A stretch of 64,000 nt of DNA from a virus: positions 36,093 to 100,092 of IMG/VR virus record IMGVR_UViG_3300030329_001736; one strand, 5' to 3'. Shown in pieces: positions 1 through 9,617 of the stretch. The notes under the pieces are model-generated. The model was given only the letters and a program-made list of their open reading frames with translations. It did not search any database and was not told the DNA's origin. A program made the position numbers and the translations under genes. The first letter of the stretch is position 1. Each line of letters starts with the position of its first letter.

Positions 1-1961
1 CTCGTTGGGACCGTCTTAACAGTTTGCGAATTAACTTTATGCTGTCTGGCCCAAACACCCAGATAATAAACACCGTATCAAACTTTATGAACATGAACCT
101 GTTGCCTATGGAACAAGCAATGGGTGGAGCGGTGGCTGGCGACCGACAGGAAATCATGCGCGGCATAAGGCAACTAGGAGCCACCTATGGTTCTATGTGG
201 AACGCCATGAAAATGGCCGCAAGGGCACTCAAAGAAGACCAGACCATTCTTGATCAGTTAAACAAGGTGGAACAAGACGAGCTTCAGCAGGGAATATTTG
301 GGGGAGAGAAAGTCTCGTTTTCTAACATTGCTGAGTTCAAACGGACAGGAAAAAGTGTAAGAAACTGGGCGAACCTTACGACCACCCTGCCTTCACGGTT
401 GCTGTTGTTTTCCGATGAATTCTTTAAACAGGCGACCTACAGCGGAAAGCTACATGCTGATCTATGGGTAGCAGGGCAAAAGGAAATAGCAGATGGGAAG
501 CTTACAAAAGACAAGTTAACGGATTGGATAAACACCAAGGCAAAAGAAGCTTACGACCCAGAAACAGGTGCGGCAGTTGCAACAACAAAGGCAGGGGCGA
601 AACTAAGCCCGCACTCAAAAGCGGCATTGGATATAGCAAGGGAATCCACCTTTACCACAGAATTAGATGGATTTTTTGCAACGATACAAGCACTGGCTAT
701 CAAATATCCAGCCGCAAGGTTTGTCCTTCCGTTTGTCAGAACCCCAACTAACTTGCTTTTAGCCACTTGGCGACGCGCCCCTGGCGTTAACTTGGCGAGA
801 AAACAGGGGAAGATTCGACGCGATCTAAGAAGCAGCGACCCCTCAATTAGAGCGCAAGCCCGTGGAAAAATATTCACTGGCTGGGCAATAACAGGAGTTG
901 CTGGATTTCTTGCACACAGTGGAATCATTACAGGTTCTGGACCGAGCAACCCAAAAGACAAGAAAGAACTGATGGCTACTGGGTGGCGTCCTTATAGCAT
1001 CCGAAGGGAGAATCCTGATGGGACGTTCTCATACATTCCATACCAGAGATATGAGCCCTTATCTAATTTCCTAGGTATTGCCGCTGATTTATATGAATTA
1101 CAAAAAGAAGCCTTACTAGAAGGTAGGAAAGGGGAGGAAGACCGCGTTGAAGATATTGTATTAGGTCTTATTACTGCGATTAGTGAAAACACAATTAACA
1201 AAACGTACATGCGCGGCCTCAGTGATTTTATGGAAGCGTTGATTAGCCCTGAAAGGTCTTTTGAACGAGTTGCTGCTGGTGTTGTAAAAAGCTTCAGTCC
1301 AAACATTATCAACCAATTAAATAACGATCCGTATCTAAGAGAAACCAGAAGTATTCTTGATGGGCTTCGGTCTGCTTGGAATACAGAATTAGGCGGTATG
1401 GCAGCACCGCGAAAACGAAACGCTTTGGGAGAGCCCATCCTTAGACAGACTTCTAAAGCACACCCTTTTACAGCATCTGAGCGCGATCCTGATGATATTG
1501 TACTGAATGAACTTGCAGCTATCGCTCAGTACACAGGTAAAACCTTTGGTCTTCCGTCTGACAGAAGGATGGGGACAAACAAAGATTTCTCTCTGGTGCC
1601 GCTAGAAGATGGAATGTCTGTCTTTGAAACTTATCTGGATGATATACACACTTTAAAAATAGGGGGTAAGACGCTAAGGCAGCGTTTAGAGAGGTTAATC
1701 TCTAGTCCTTCTTATCAAAAACTCTCCCCAGGAAGTCGTGATTTTAAAGACGGCCCAAGAGTTGAGCGTCTACAGAGTTTGATCAATACTTACAAGAAAA
1801 CTGCCAGAAAGAAACTGTTTGCTAAAGGGCGATCTTCAACTGCGCCTGAAGGTTTACGGATGTTCTACCAAGAATCTAGAAAATTTCTAAAAGATGAAGC
1901 AGCGACAAAACGCGGGGGTCCACCGAAAGAGTTCAAAGATTTAATACTGAGGCGAAACTGA
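1..1961 (+). CDS. Large internal virion protein, C-terminal part (T7 gp16-position, autographivirus-like); 5'-truncated
   Basis: Frame is open from base 3, so the track start at 24 is not the real start. Motifs PFVRTPTNL, ITGSGPS, GWRPYSI and YQRYEPL resemble marine T7-like internal proteins; lies directly upstream of a gp17-type fibre. Confidence 0.7.
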   Translation, partial: RWDRLNSLRINFMLSGPNTQIINTVSNFMNMNLLPMEQAMGGAVAGDRQEIMRGIRQLGATYGSMWNAMKMAARALKEDQTILDQLNKVEQDELQQGIFGGEKVSFSNIAEFKRTGKSVRNWANLTTTLPSRLLLFSDEFFKQATYSGKLHADLWVAGQKEIADGKLTKDKLTDWINTKAKEAYDPETGAAVATTKAGAKLSPHSKAALDIARESTFTTELDGFFATIQALAIKYPAARFVLPFVRTPTNLLLATWRRAPGVNLARKQGKIRRDLRSSDPSIRAQARGKIFTGWAITGVAGFLAHSGIITGSGPSNPKDKKELMATGWRPYSIRRENPDGTFSYIPYQRYEPLSNFLGIAADLYELQKEALLEGRKGEEDRVEDIVLGLITAISENTINKTYMRGLSDFMEALISPERSFERVAAGVVKSFSPNIINQLNNDPYLRETRSILDGLRSAWNTELGGMAAPRKRNALGEPILRQTSKAHPFTASERDPDDIVLNELAAIAQYTGKTFGLPSDRRMGTNKDFSLVPLEDGMSVFETYLDDIHTLKIGGKTLRQRLERLISSPSYQKLSPGSRDFKDGPRVERLQSLINTYKKTARKKLFAKGRSSTAPEGLRMFYQESRKFLKDEAATKRGGPPKEFKDLILRRN

Positions 1962-1962
1962 C

Positions 1963-4900
1963 ATGGCTAATGCATCCCACATTATACAGGCAAGCAGTGT
2001 GGATGGGACAACGAATACATTCAATATTCCGTTCTCATACATCAGTGAAGATCATCTTGCATTTTATGTAGATAATGTTTTAACAACGGATTCTTCATCT
2101 CTCTACACCGCCACTGTACTTACAGGTGGGACCACGGTTCAGATTGTTAAGACTTCAGATTCTTCTAATCCTAACAATGTCACAATTAAACTTGAACGTA
2201 ACACTCCTATAAGCACAGCCAGTGTTGTCTTCTCAAATTCCTCTACACTTAAAGCGTCTGATCTAAACACCAGTAATAACCAGTGGCTTTACGCAGCCCA
2301 AGAAGCCGCTGACGATGCTGCTGAAGCCATCCGCCTAGACGCTGCCGGGGTATACGATGCCAATAGTACAAAAATAACAAATGTAACTGACCCCACAGCC
2401 GCCCAAGACGCTGCGACGAAAAACTATGTGGACACTGCTGGCGACTCTAAGGTCGCGCAGGCCGCCGCCAGTGCAACAAGTGCAGCTAATAGTGCTACAG
2501 CAGCGGGGCAGTACGCCGGAACCCAGAATGTTGATACCTTCAACGGAACTGGGTCACAAACTGCCTTTACTTTGTCTGCTTCCCCTGCAACAGAGAACAA
2601 CACTCTCGTTACGATTTCGGGAGTAGTGCAGCACAAAAGCTCGTACTCCCTTAGTGGAAACACGCTAACCTTTTCGTCACCACCAGCGGCAGGAACCGGG
2701 AATATTGAGGTCGTTCACTTATCGCTTTTGTCGATAGCGAATCTTGATGAAGACCTATCCTCTACATCGTCGGCACACGATTCGATCCCTTCGGCTAAAG
2801 CTGTAAAGAGCTATGTGGATACGCAGGTCGATACGGTCGATACGTTGGCTGAGGTGTTAGCGAACGGCAACGGAACCGGCGGCAACGACATTGCTGTTGG
2901 TGCGAACGACGACATAACTCTGGTTGATGGAGCAAACATTAAGTGGGGAACGGGTGGAGACGGTCTAGGAATCTACCACAATGGCTCGAACAGCTACATC
3001 ACCGAGATTGGTAATGGTACGGGCAACCTGTTTGTACTCGCCACGGACCTGACGCTCGGTGACAAGGGAAATCAACATCATTACGCGCATTTTGTCAGCG
3101 GCGGCGAAGCAAAGCTGTTTTACGACAATGGGTTGTCATTTGAGACGACCAGCGGCGGCGGTAAAGTTTATGGCGACTTACAGATCACTGGGGGCGACAT
3201 TGAGCTTGGCAGCAGCAACGATACGACCATCTCGCGGGCGTCCGCTGGCGTCGTAACCATCGAAGGGCAGACTGTTCGCACTGGCACTGTTGGAATCTCG
3301 GACGGCGGAACCGGCGCGACGACTGCGGCTGCGGCAGCGACCGCGCTGGGTGTTGGCGCTGGGTCCAATGTTACATTTCATGGGCTGACAACGACCGGTA
3401 ACGCAAGCATTGATGGCGCGGTCACGGTAAACAACTCCGGTGCAGATGCCGATTTCCGGGTCGAAACATCTGGCAATGCAAACATGCTGTTTGTCGATGG
3501 CGGCACCAATCGCGTCGGCATAGGCACAGGCTCGCCAAACCAGTTACTCGCTGTCAACGGATCGGATGGCGCGACGAACATGATGTTGCAATCCGGTGGC
3601 ACTTATCGGCTCGGATTCTACAACGACTCATCGCAACAGCGTCTCTCAACCTATGGCTCGCCTACTACGGCCCTGACCTTCGCGATCCAAGAAAGCGAAA
3701 AGATGCGGGTTTCGGCTAATGGGAAAATCGCAATCGGCGGCCAGACCGCTGACGGCCCGCTGCACGTTTTTAACGGGTCTGCGGGCAGTGTGACAGCCGC
3801 CACGGGCGCGGAAACAATTGTTGCTGAAGCTGGCGGACATGGGGGGGTGTCTATCCTGACTCCCCAGACCCACACCGGCTACCTCACGTTCGGGTCGCCC
3901 ACCGCATCTACTCGCGGTTTTGTCAGTTATGAACACAACAACGACGCTATGGCGATCCAAGTCGCTGGCGGCGAAGCCATGCGGATCAACTCGTCTCGCA
4001 ACGCGACGTTTGCCGGGAACGAAATCAAAGTTGGCGACAACAACGCTGCTGGCGGCAACTACGATTCCGTGTTGCACTTGCTCGGAGATTCGTCCAGCGG
4101 CTTTAAGTTAAGCACCAACAGCGGCAACAGCGCCTTCAATATTGAGCGCGAATATTACGGCTGGCAAGGCGGGCTGACGATGAAACGCGACACGGGAAAT
4201 ATCGGAATTGGCTGTTCCGACCCCGGTGCGGAGCTTGAAATTGCTGGGGATTATCAACCGCTTATCGTCAATAGCACGAACAGTAGCATCCCCAAGATTG
4301 TCCTTGAAGACAATGGCTCGGCGCGAGGATATTTAGGAGCCGGTTCGGGGCACCCGCTCGTCGTCAGTGCCAGTAACGGATCAAACAAATATTTCTTCAG
4401 CGATTTGAACGGACACAGCTACTTCCAGATTGCCGCCAGCAGCACAGCGGGTAGCGGCGCTGGGGGTGCCTACATCAAAGCGACAGGCAGTGCCGCTTCT
4501 GGACCGCCACAGATAGCTGGCATTGACTTGTCGATGACGGACGGAACCGATGGCAGTGAGAGCGGAATCATTGCTTTCCACACGACGAATAGTGGTACTT
4601 CCTCCGAGAAAGTTAGGATAACGTCATCGGGGCTAGTCGGTTTGGGAGTAGCGGCACCAACCGAGGAGCTACACATTAAAGCGTCGGCTCCCACGATCAG
4701 GCTGGAAGATTCCGACAACAATCTATCTGGCTACATCAATGGGGATAATGGAAATGTCCTCATCCAAAGTTACAACGCAAACCGAGATATTATTTTCGGC
4801 GAAAACGCTGCCGGTGGTGAGATCATGCGCGTCACTGGGCTGGGGTCCGTCGGGATTGGCACTTCGGCACCCGGCGCAGAACTTGAAATTGCTGGGGATT

Positions 4901-6090
4901 ATCAACCACTTATCGTTAATTCGACGAACAGCAGTGGTGCCAAAATTGTCTTTGAAGACAACGGTGTGACGAGAGGTTATATCGGCGGCGCGTCTAGCAT
5001 GCCAGTAACATTTTACAACTCTAGTGCCACATTGCTTGGCGGCTTCGACACTAACGGCAGATTTGGAATTGGTACTTCGACGCCAACATCTCCTCTAACT
5101 GCCCACGGATATACTAGTGGTGTTGGTGTTATCTACGGTAACGCTGGTGCAGCATCACAGCACTTAATAACACTAACAGACGGTGTTGCGACCAACTTTT
5201 CTATCGTCACTAGTGGTACAGTTCTTACTCTTGGGTCAGATGCTGGAAGCAATCAAACGGCCATAAAATCTTCGGGGGTCGAGGCAATACGGATCGATTC
5301 CTCGCAGCGGGTCGGGATTGGTACTTCGACGCCAGATAGCAATCATAAATTAGAAGTGTACAGCACAGGTACTACCGAAGTAGCAATCCGAAGCGGAAAC
5401 AGTTCTGAGGCAATCATTAATTTTGGAGATGTCGCTAGTCGTTTACGAGGTCGAATAGCGTATAACAACAGCAGTGAATACCTAGCTTTTTGGGCTAATG
5501 CTGGTGAAAAGATGCGAATTGATTCATCTGGTAACTTAATCGTAAAACCAGCTAGTTCAAGTCAGACTATCAGCGTTGAAGCGTCGGGCGGCGGCGCAAA
5601 AATTGAAATGCAAGCTGATGGTGGTACACTCACAACAGTAGGCAGCACGAACAATGTGCCGACTGCTATTCAAGCTAATAGCAGTGAAGCTGTGAGGGTT
5701 TTAACGGATGGAAAAGTTGGAATTGGCACAACCTCACCTTCAGCAAAACTTGAGGTAAACGGAACAGTATTGGCGTCTACTGACACTGATACAAGTAACA
5801 CTGGAAGTGTGACGCTAGACTTTTCTGCTAATCAAAACTTTGTCCTGACTCTCACAGGTAATGTTACACTAGCCAACCCATCCACAGAACAAGTTGGTCA
5901 GGCTGGCGTGATGGTCTTTATTCAAGACGGAACGGGGTCCAGAACCCTGAGTCTCGGATCGGACTACGAGACGGCTGAAGGGGCTGGCATTACGCTTAGC
6001 ACCGCTGCTAATGCGGTTGATATTGTTCCGTATTTTGTTAAGGCTTCTGGCTCGATTCAACTCGGCGCACCACAACTGGCGTTTAGTTAA
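1963..6090 (+). CDS. Tail fibre with T7 gp17-like N-terminal attachment domain (probably chimeric at ~4804)
   Basis: N-terminus DGTTNTFNIPFSYISEDHL...LERNTP...FSNSSTLKASDLN; repeated G(I/L)GTxxP modules; C-terminal QDGTGSRTL domain. Confidence 0.85.
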   Translation: MANASHIIQASSVDGTTNTFNIPFSYISEDHLAFYVDNVLTTDSSSLYTATVLTGGTTVQIVKTSDSSNPNNVTIKLERNTPISTASVVFSNSSTLKASDLNTSNNQWLYAAQEAADDAAEAIRLDAAGVYDANSTKITNVTDPTAAQDAATKNYVDTAGDSKVAQAAASATSAANSATAAGQYAGTQNVDTFNGTGSQTAFTLSASPATENNTLVTISGVVQHKSSYSLSGNTLTFSSPPAAGTGNIEVVHLSLLSIANLDEDLSSTSSAHDSIPSAKAVKSYVDTQVDTVDTLAEVLANGNGTGGNDIAVGANDDITLVDGANIKWGTGGDGLGIYHNGSNSYITEIGNGTGNLFVLATDLTLGDKGNQHHYAHFVSGGEAKLFYDNGLSFETTSGGGKVYGDLQITGGDIELGSSNDTTISRASAGVVTIEGQTVRTGTVGISDGGTGATTAAAAATALGVGAGSNVTFHGLTTTGNASIDGAVTVNNSGADADFRVETSGNANMLFVDGGTNRVGIGTGSPNQLLAVNGSDGATNMMLQSGGTYRLGFYNDSSQQRLSTYGSPTTALTFAIQESEKMRVSANGKIAIGGQTADGPLHVFNGSAGSVTAATGAETIVAEAGGHGGVSILTPQTHTGYLTFGSPTASTRGFVSYEHNNDAMAIQVAGGEAMRINSSRNATFAGNEIKVGDNNAAGGNYDSVLHLLGDSSSGFKLSTNSGNSAFNIEREYYGWQGGLTMKRDTGNIGIGCSDPGAELEIAGDYQPLIVNSTNSSIPKIVLEDNGSARGYLGAGSGHPLVVSASNGSNKYFFSDLNGHSYFQIAASSTAGSGAGGAYIKATGSAASGPPQIAGIDLSMTDGTDGSESGIIAFHTTNSGTSSEKVRITSSGLVGLGVAAPTEELHIKASAPTIRLEDSDNNLSGYINGDNGNVLIQSYNANRDIIFGENAAGGEIMRVTGLGSVGIGTSAPGAELEIAGDYQPLIVNSTNSSGAKIVFEDNGVTRGYIGGASSMPVTFYNSSATLLGGFDTNGRFGIGTSTPTSPLTAHGYTSGVGVIYGNAGAASQHLITLTDGVATNFSIVTSGTVLTLGSDAGSNQTAIKSSGVEAIRIDSSQRVGIGTSTPDSNHKLEVYSTGTTEVAIRSGNSSEAIINFGDVASRLRGRIAYNNSSEYLAFWANAGEKMRIDSSGNLIVKPASSSQTISVEASGGGAKIEMQADGGTLTTVGSTNNVPTAIQANSSEAVRVLTDGKVGIGTTSPSAKLEVNGTVLASTDTDTSNTGSVTLDFSANQNFVLTLTGNVTLANPSTEQVGQAGVMVFIQDGTGSRTLSLGSDYETAEGAGITLSTAANAVDIVPYFVKASGSIQLGAPQLAFS
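4804..4900 (+). repeat. Exact direct repeat, copy 1 (copy 2 at 63904-64000)
   Basis: aacgctgccggtggtgagatc...gctggggatt is identical over 97 nt up to the window edge; offset 59100, same reading frame. Confidence 0.97.
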
Positions 6091-7742
6091 TGACGATGTT
6101 TGGTTCACAATGGTTTGCTAATTCAGGCGGGTTTGATACAGGCTTGATTAGCAACTCGGTATGGTTAGATGAATCCGACTATCTGAGTCGCTCGACCAGT
6201 AGTTTTAGTAGCAATGAATTTATAATGGCATGCTGGTTTAGAATTATGGAACCGCTAGGTACTGGCGGCTACGCTATAGAGCCGCTAATGAGCATTGGAA
6301 ATAACTCTGCTTCGGGCGTTGGAAACGTGGCAATGAATTTTGAAGGCGGTATGGCTTATTTCTCATGTGATGGCTATGCCGTAAAATCTTCTGCGAACAT
6401 GATTAGAGACATTGGTTGGTATCATATACTTGCAAGTTATAAAATTAACGAATCAACGGCAAGCAACAAAGGTAAGTTTTTTCTTAATGGTGTAGAAATT
6501 ACTAGTTTTTCGGCAGACCAGCGTAGTTATTGGGGTACGTCTTTTAACAATACAAGTAAACAACTCGTTGGTGCTTCATTTGCGTGGACCGGAAAAACCT
6601 ATATTGCACAGCCGGTAATGCTTGATGGGCAATCAATTCAAGGCGGCGATGTTTCTATATCTGATTTTGTAGATACAGAAACTTTTGCGCCAAACGATGC
6701 TCAGACTATTCCTAAATCAGACGCAGATATAGCTGCGCTTGCGTCATCTGCTGGAGGAAATAGTTTTTGCTTAGACTTTTCTGATAGCTCTAATCTTGGA
6801 AACGATCTAAGCAGCAATAACAGTGATTTAACTACGACAAGTATGACAGCAGCGAATCAGTCTGCTAACACGCCCAGTAAAGTTTATCCAATTTGGAATC
6901 CGTTAGAACCGACGAACTCGACCATTACCTTGACTGAAGGTAATTTGCGAGCAGCGGGTTCGGGTGGTTCCGATGGCGGTGCAATTGGAACAATGCCGTT
7001 GCCGACGACCGGCACATCAGAATTTCAGATAAAAACAAATAATGGTCAAGGAAGAGTTGGCATCATTGCTCATGCTGGCGCTGTCGCTGTTGATGAAGTG
7101 TCGAACAATTGCGCTGCAGGCGCTGGATATAATTTTAATGCGGCATACCATTATGCTGAAAATGGAAGCATAAGACAAATACTCTCTTCTGGTAGTAGTG
7201 ATGCACAAACAGGTATTGGCTCATGGTCAACAAATGATGTGATTACAGTGCGATATAATGCCGATGACAACGAATTGAGTTTTCTAAAAAATAACAGTGC
7301 TGTGGGAAGTGCAGTTTCCACTGTTTCGGGACTAGTCTACTATCCAGTTGTCTGTCGTTGGAACAACTATGACATAACTGCATATTTTGATTCTTCTGAT
7401 TTTCCGCACACAATAGGTACGGGAAATAAAGAAGTTAATAGTGCTAATCTAACAACAGAAACATTTTCAAATCCAGCAACAGGTTCGTTTAAAGGTAACG
7501 CAAGTACGGCTGGTCCGCTTATCTTTTTGGGATTCAAACCGTCGCCAGACGATGCGCTTACTATTAACGGCAATAGCGTTACTTACGGCACAGACGTTAG
7601 ACTTACCTCCGATGGATTCAAAGTTATAAGCAGCAGTTCAAATTTTAACACAACCAGTGGAACAAACAGTTATTCAATTGTGACAGCAAACGCATTGCAA
7701 ATTAACGGAAAATTTCCACCAGCAATTGCTGAGACAAGCTAG
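6090..7742 (+). CDS. Tail-associated receptor-binding protein with concanavalin A/LamG-like and SPRY-like beta-sandwich domains
   Basis: RDIGWYHIL, FCLDFSDSSNLGNDLS and WNPLE..LTEGNLRA patterns; overlaps the fibre stop codon (TAATG). Confidence 0.65.
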   Translation: MTMFGSQWFANSGGFDTGLISNSVWLDESDYLSRSTSSFSSNEFIMACWFRIMEPLGTGGYAIEPLMSIGNNSASGVGNVAMNFEGGMAYFSCDGYAVKSSANMIRDIGWYHILASYKINESTASNKGKFFLNGVEITSFSADQRSYWGTSFNNTSKQLVGASFAWTGKTYIAQPVMLDGQSIQGGDVSISDFVDTETFAPNDAQTIPKSDADIAALASSAGGNSFCLDFSDSSNLGNDLSSNNSDLTTTSMTAANQSANTPSKVYPIWNPLEPTNSTITLTEGNLRAAGSGGSDGGAIGTMPLPTTGTSEFQIKTNNGQGRVGIIAHAGAVAVDEVSNNCAAGAGYNFNAAYHYAENGSIRQILSSGSSDAQTGIGSWSTNDVITVRYNADDNELSFLKNNSAVGSAVSTVSGLVYYPVVCRWNNYDITAYFDSSDFPHTIGTGNKEVNSANLTTETFSNPATGSFKGNASTAGPLIFLGFKPSPDDALTINGNSVTYGTDVRLTSDGFKVISSSSNFNTTSGTNSYSIVTANALQINGKFPPAIAETS

Positions 7743-7754
7743 GAGAATAAAATA

Positions 7755-8258
7755 ATGTGGAAATATAACGGGAAAACAATTAATGAGCGGAAGTCTTGGG
7801 TTGATGATAATGGTATTCAGCATCCTTCTAATTGGCATATCTGGTCGCCATCAGATAAAGCTGCCGCCGGTCTGGTAGAGGTTGTCGAAGACACACCACC
7901 AGATAGCCGCTTGTACAATTGGACTATGGATACAAATGGAAAGATAGATAAGACTCCTAGAAATTTAGAGGATGTTAAAGTAAATCTAAAACGAGAAGTT
8001 AAGGACCATCAAGGTGCTTTACTTACTCAAACGGATTGGGCAGTCGTTCGCAAAGCTGACAACGGTACAGCTATTCCTTCCGATATCCAAACTTGGAGAG
8101 ATGCTATTCGCACTAAAGCAACCGAGATGGAAAATGCGATTGATGGTGCAGAGAATACAGATGCTGTAGCTGCGCTGTTTGTGTCTTACACAACTAACGA
8201 AGACGGCAGTGTAACGCAGTCGGGCATCCTTTACGATTGGCCTGAATTAGAAAGTTAA
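7755..8258 (+). CDS. Tail fibre assembly chaperone-like protein
   Basis: LLTQTDWAVVR...WRDAIR...DWP motifs; AGGAG RBS; tail context. Confidence 0.6.
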   Translation: MWKYNGKTINERKSWVDDNGIQHPSNWHIWSPSDKAAAGLVEVVEDTPPDSRLYNWTMDTNGKIDKTPRNLEDVKVNLKREVKDHQGALLTQTDWAVVRKADNGTAIPSDIQTWRDAIRTKATEMENAIDGAENTDAVAALFVSYTTNEDGSVTQSGILYDWPELES

Positions 8259-8310
8259 ATGTTTACAAACTGGTACAAAGATTTAAATAATACAAGAAAG
8301 GAATTAAATT

Positions 8311-8640
8311 ATGGCTGCTACAATTGAATGGCTAGTAGAAGCATTAGATTGTTATCCTACAAAAGATAGCAAGACTGATGTTGTTATGATGGTTCATTGG
8401 CGTTGCAATGGGTCTGAAGAGAATGATAGTAAAACCTATCACTCAACTTCTTATAGTACGGTTGGCGTAACCTATGAAGATGGTGATGCTTTTACTCCCT
8501 TCGCAGATTTAACTAAGGATCAAGTTCTTGGTTGGGTCTGGGAAAGTGTAGATAAGAATGAAACTGAAGCTAGTATACAAAAAAGTATTGACAATCAAAT
8601 TAATCCTCCTATAATTCAACCTGACCTACCGTGGTCTTAA
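8311..8640 (+). CDS. Conserved small tail-associated protein
   Basis: VHWRC, FTPFADLTKDQVLGWV and terminal LPW pattern; RBS present. Confidence 0.55.
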   Translation: MAATIEWLVEALDCYPTKDSKTDVVMMVHWRCNGSEENDSKTYHSTSYSTVGVTYEDGDAFTPFADLTKDQVLGWVWESVDKNETEASIQKSIDNQINPPIIQPDLPWS

Positions 8641-8663
8641 TAAAATAAAAGGAGAAATAAATA

Positions 8664-8924
8664 ATGACTCAAGAAGAAAACAATAATAATATCATTAATA
8701 TTAATGGGACTGATTATTCTCAAGATGATCTTAGTAAAGAGCAGCAATACATGATTGCTCAAGTCAAGGACTTGCAAATAAAAGCAGCCCAGACCAAGTT
8801 TCAGCTTGATCAAATCCAAGTATCACTAGATCATTTTACTAATAAGGTAATTGAAAGTATTGAAGATAAGGGACAAGATTCTGACCCTTCTGAGATTATT
8901 CAACGGAAACAATTGGTGAATTAA
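8664..8924 (+). CDS. Small coiled-coil protein (tail-module hypothetical)
   Basis: AAGGAG RBS; ININGTDYSQDDLSKEQQ followed by a coiled coil. Confidence 0.55.
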   Translation: MTQEENNNNIININGTDYSQDDLSKEQQYMIAQVKDLQIKAAQTKFQLDQIQVSLDHFTNKVIESIEDKGQDSDPSEIIQRKQLVN

Positions 8925-8933
8925 TAGTTAGCT

Positions 8934-9617
8934 ATGGCTTTTGGCAGTATTATATTATTAGGAGCAGGTTCTGCAGGATCAACAGGGTTAGACCTTGTAA
9001 TCTCTTCTAATACAACAGATTATAATGTTTTGACTGCAGCAACCGCTGCTGGTTACGATAATTCATTAGGAGATAATGTTACTATTACAGTAACTATCAA
9101 CTCTGGTGTTAATGTAACTGCAACTGGAGGAGGCGGAACTGCATTTACTACTGGTGCTTTGAATGCCAATACTACACTTAGTATTATTAATAACGGTAAT
9201 ATTACTGGGAGTAATGGTGGCACAGGCAGTAACGGAGGTAATGGTGGTTCTGGTGGTAAAGGTGTTTTCTTTAATACTGTTACTGGTGGATCAGCTACAC
9301 ACAGTTTAGAAAATAACGGCGTTATCGCTGGAGGTGGAGGTGGCGGTGGTAGTGGTGGACATAAGCGAACATGCTATTCAGACGGCGACGGAGGCCACGA
9401 ATGTAATGATCCAGTTGCAATAGGTGCTGCTGGCACTGTTGGAGCTTTAGGACAAAGTGGCACAGCCGGTGCTAATCCTCCTGCTCAAGGTCTTTGTGAT
9501 TGTAGTCTAAGTCCTGCCCGTGGTCTTGGCGGTGCTGGTGGTTATTCTATAGATAAGAATGGTCGTACAGTTACTCAAACTGGTTCAGGAACCTATGTTG
9601 GAACACAAAAACCATGA
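8934..9617 (+). CDS. Glycine-rich adhesin, T-even gp38-like receptor-recognition protein
   Basis: VTINSGVNV, IINNGNITGSNGGTG, NNGVIAGGGGGGG and GGAGGYSI polyglycine pattern with Cys-containing loops. Confidence 0.65.
   Translation: MAFGSIILLGAGSAGSTGLDLVISSNTTDYNVLTAATAAGYDNSLGDNVTITVTINSGVNVTATGGGGTAFTTGALNANTTLSIINNGNITGSNGGTGSNGGNGGSGGKGVFFNTVTGGSATHSLENNGVIAGGGGGGGSGGHKRTCYSDGDGGHECNDPVAIGAAGTVGALGQSGTAGANPPAQGLCDCSLSPARGLGGAGGYSIDKNGRTVTQTGSGTYVGTQKP

Noticed and set aside
4220-4940. Duplicated GAELEIAGDYQPLIVNSTNSS segment as a DGR template/variable repeat pair
   Set aside because: Differences are mostly synonymous rather than adenine-specific, both copies are in frame within the gene, and no reverse transcriptase is present.
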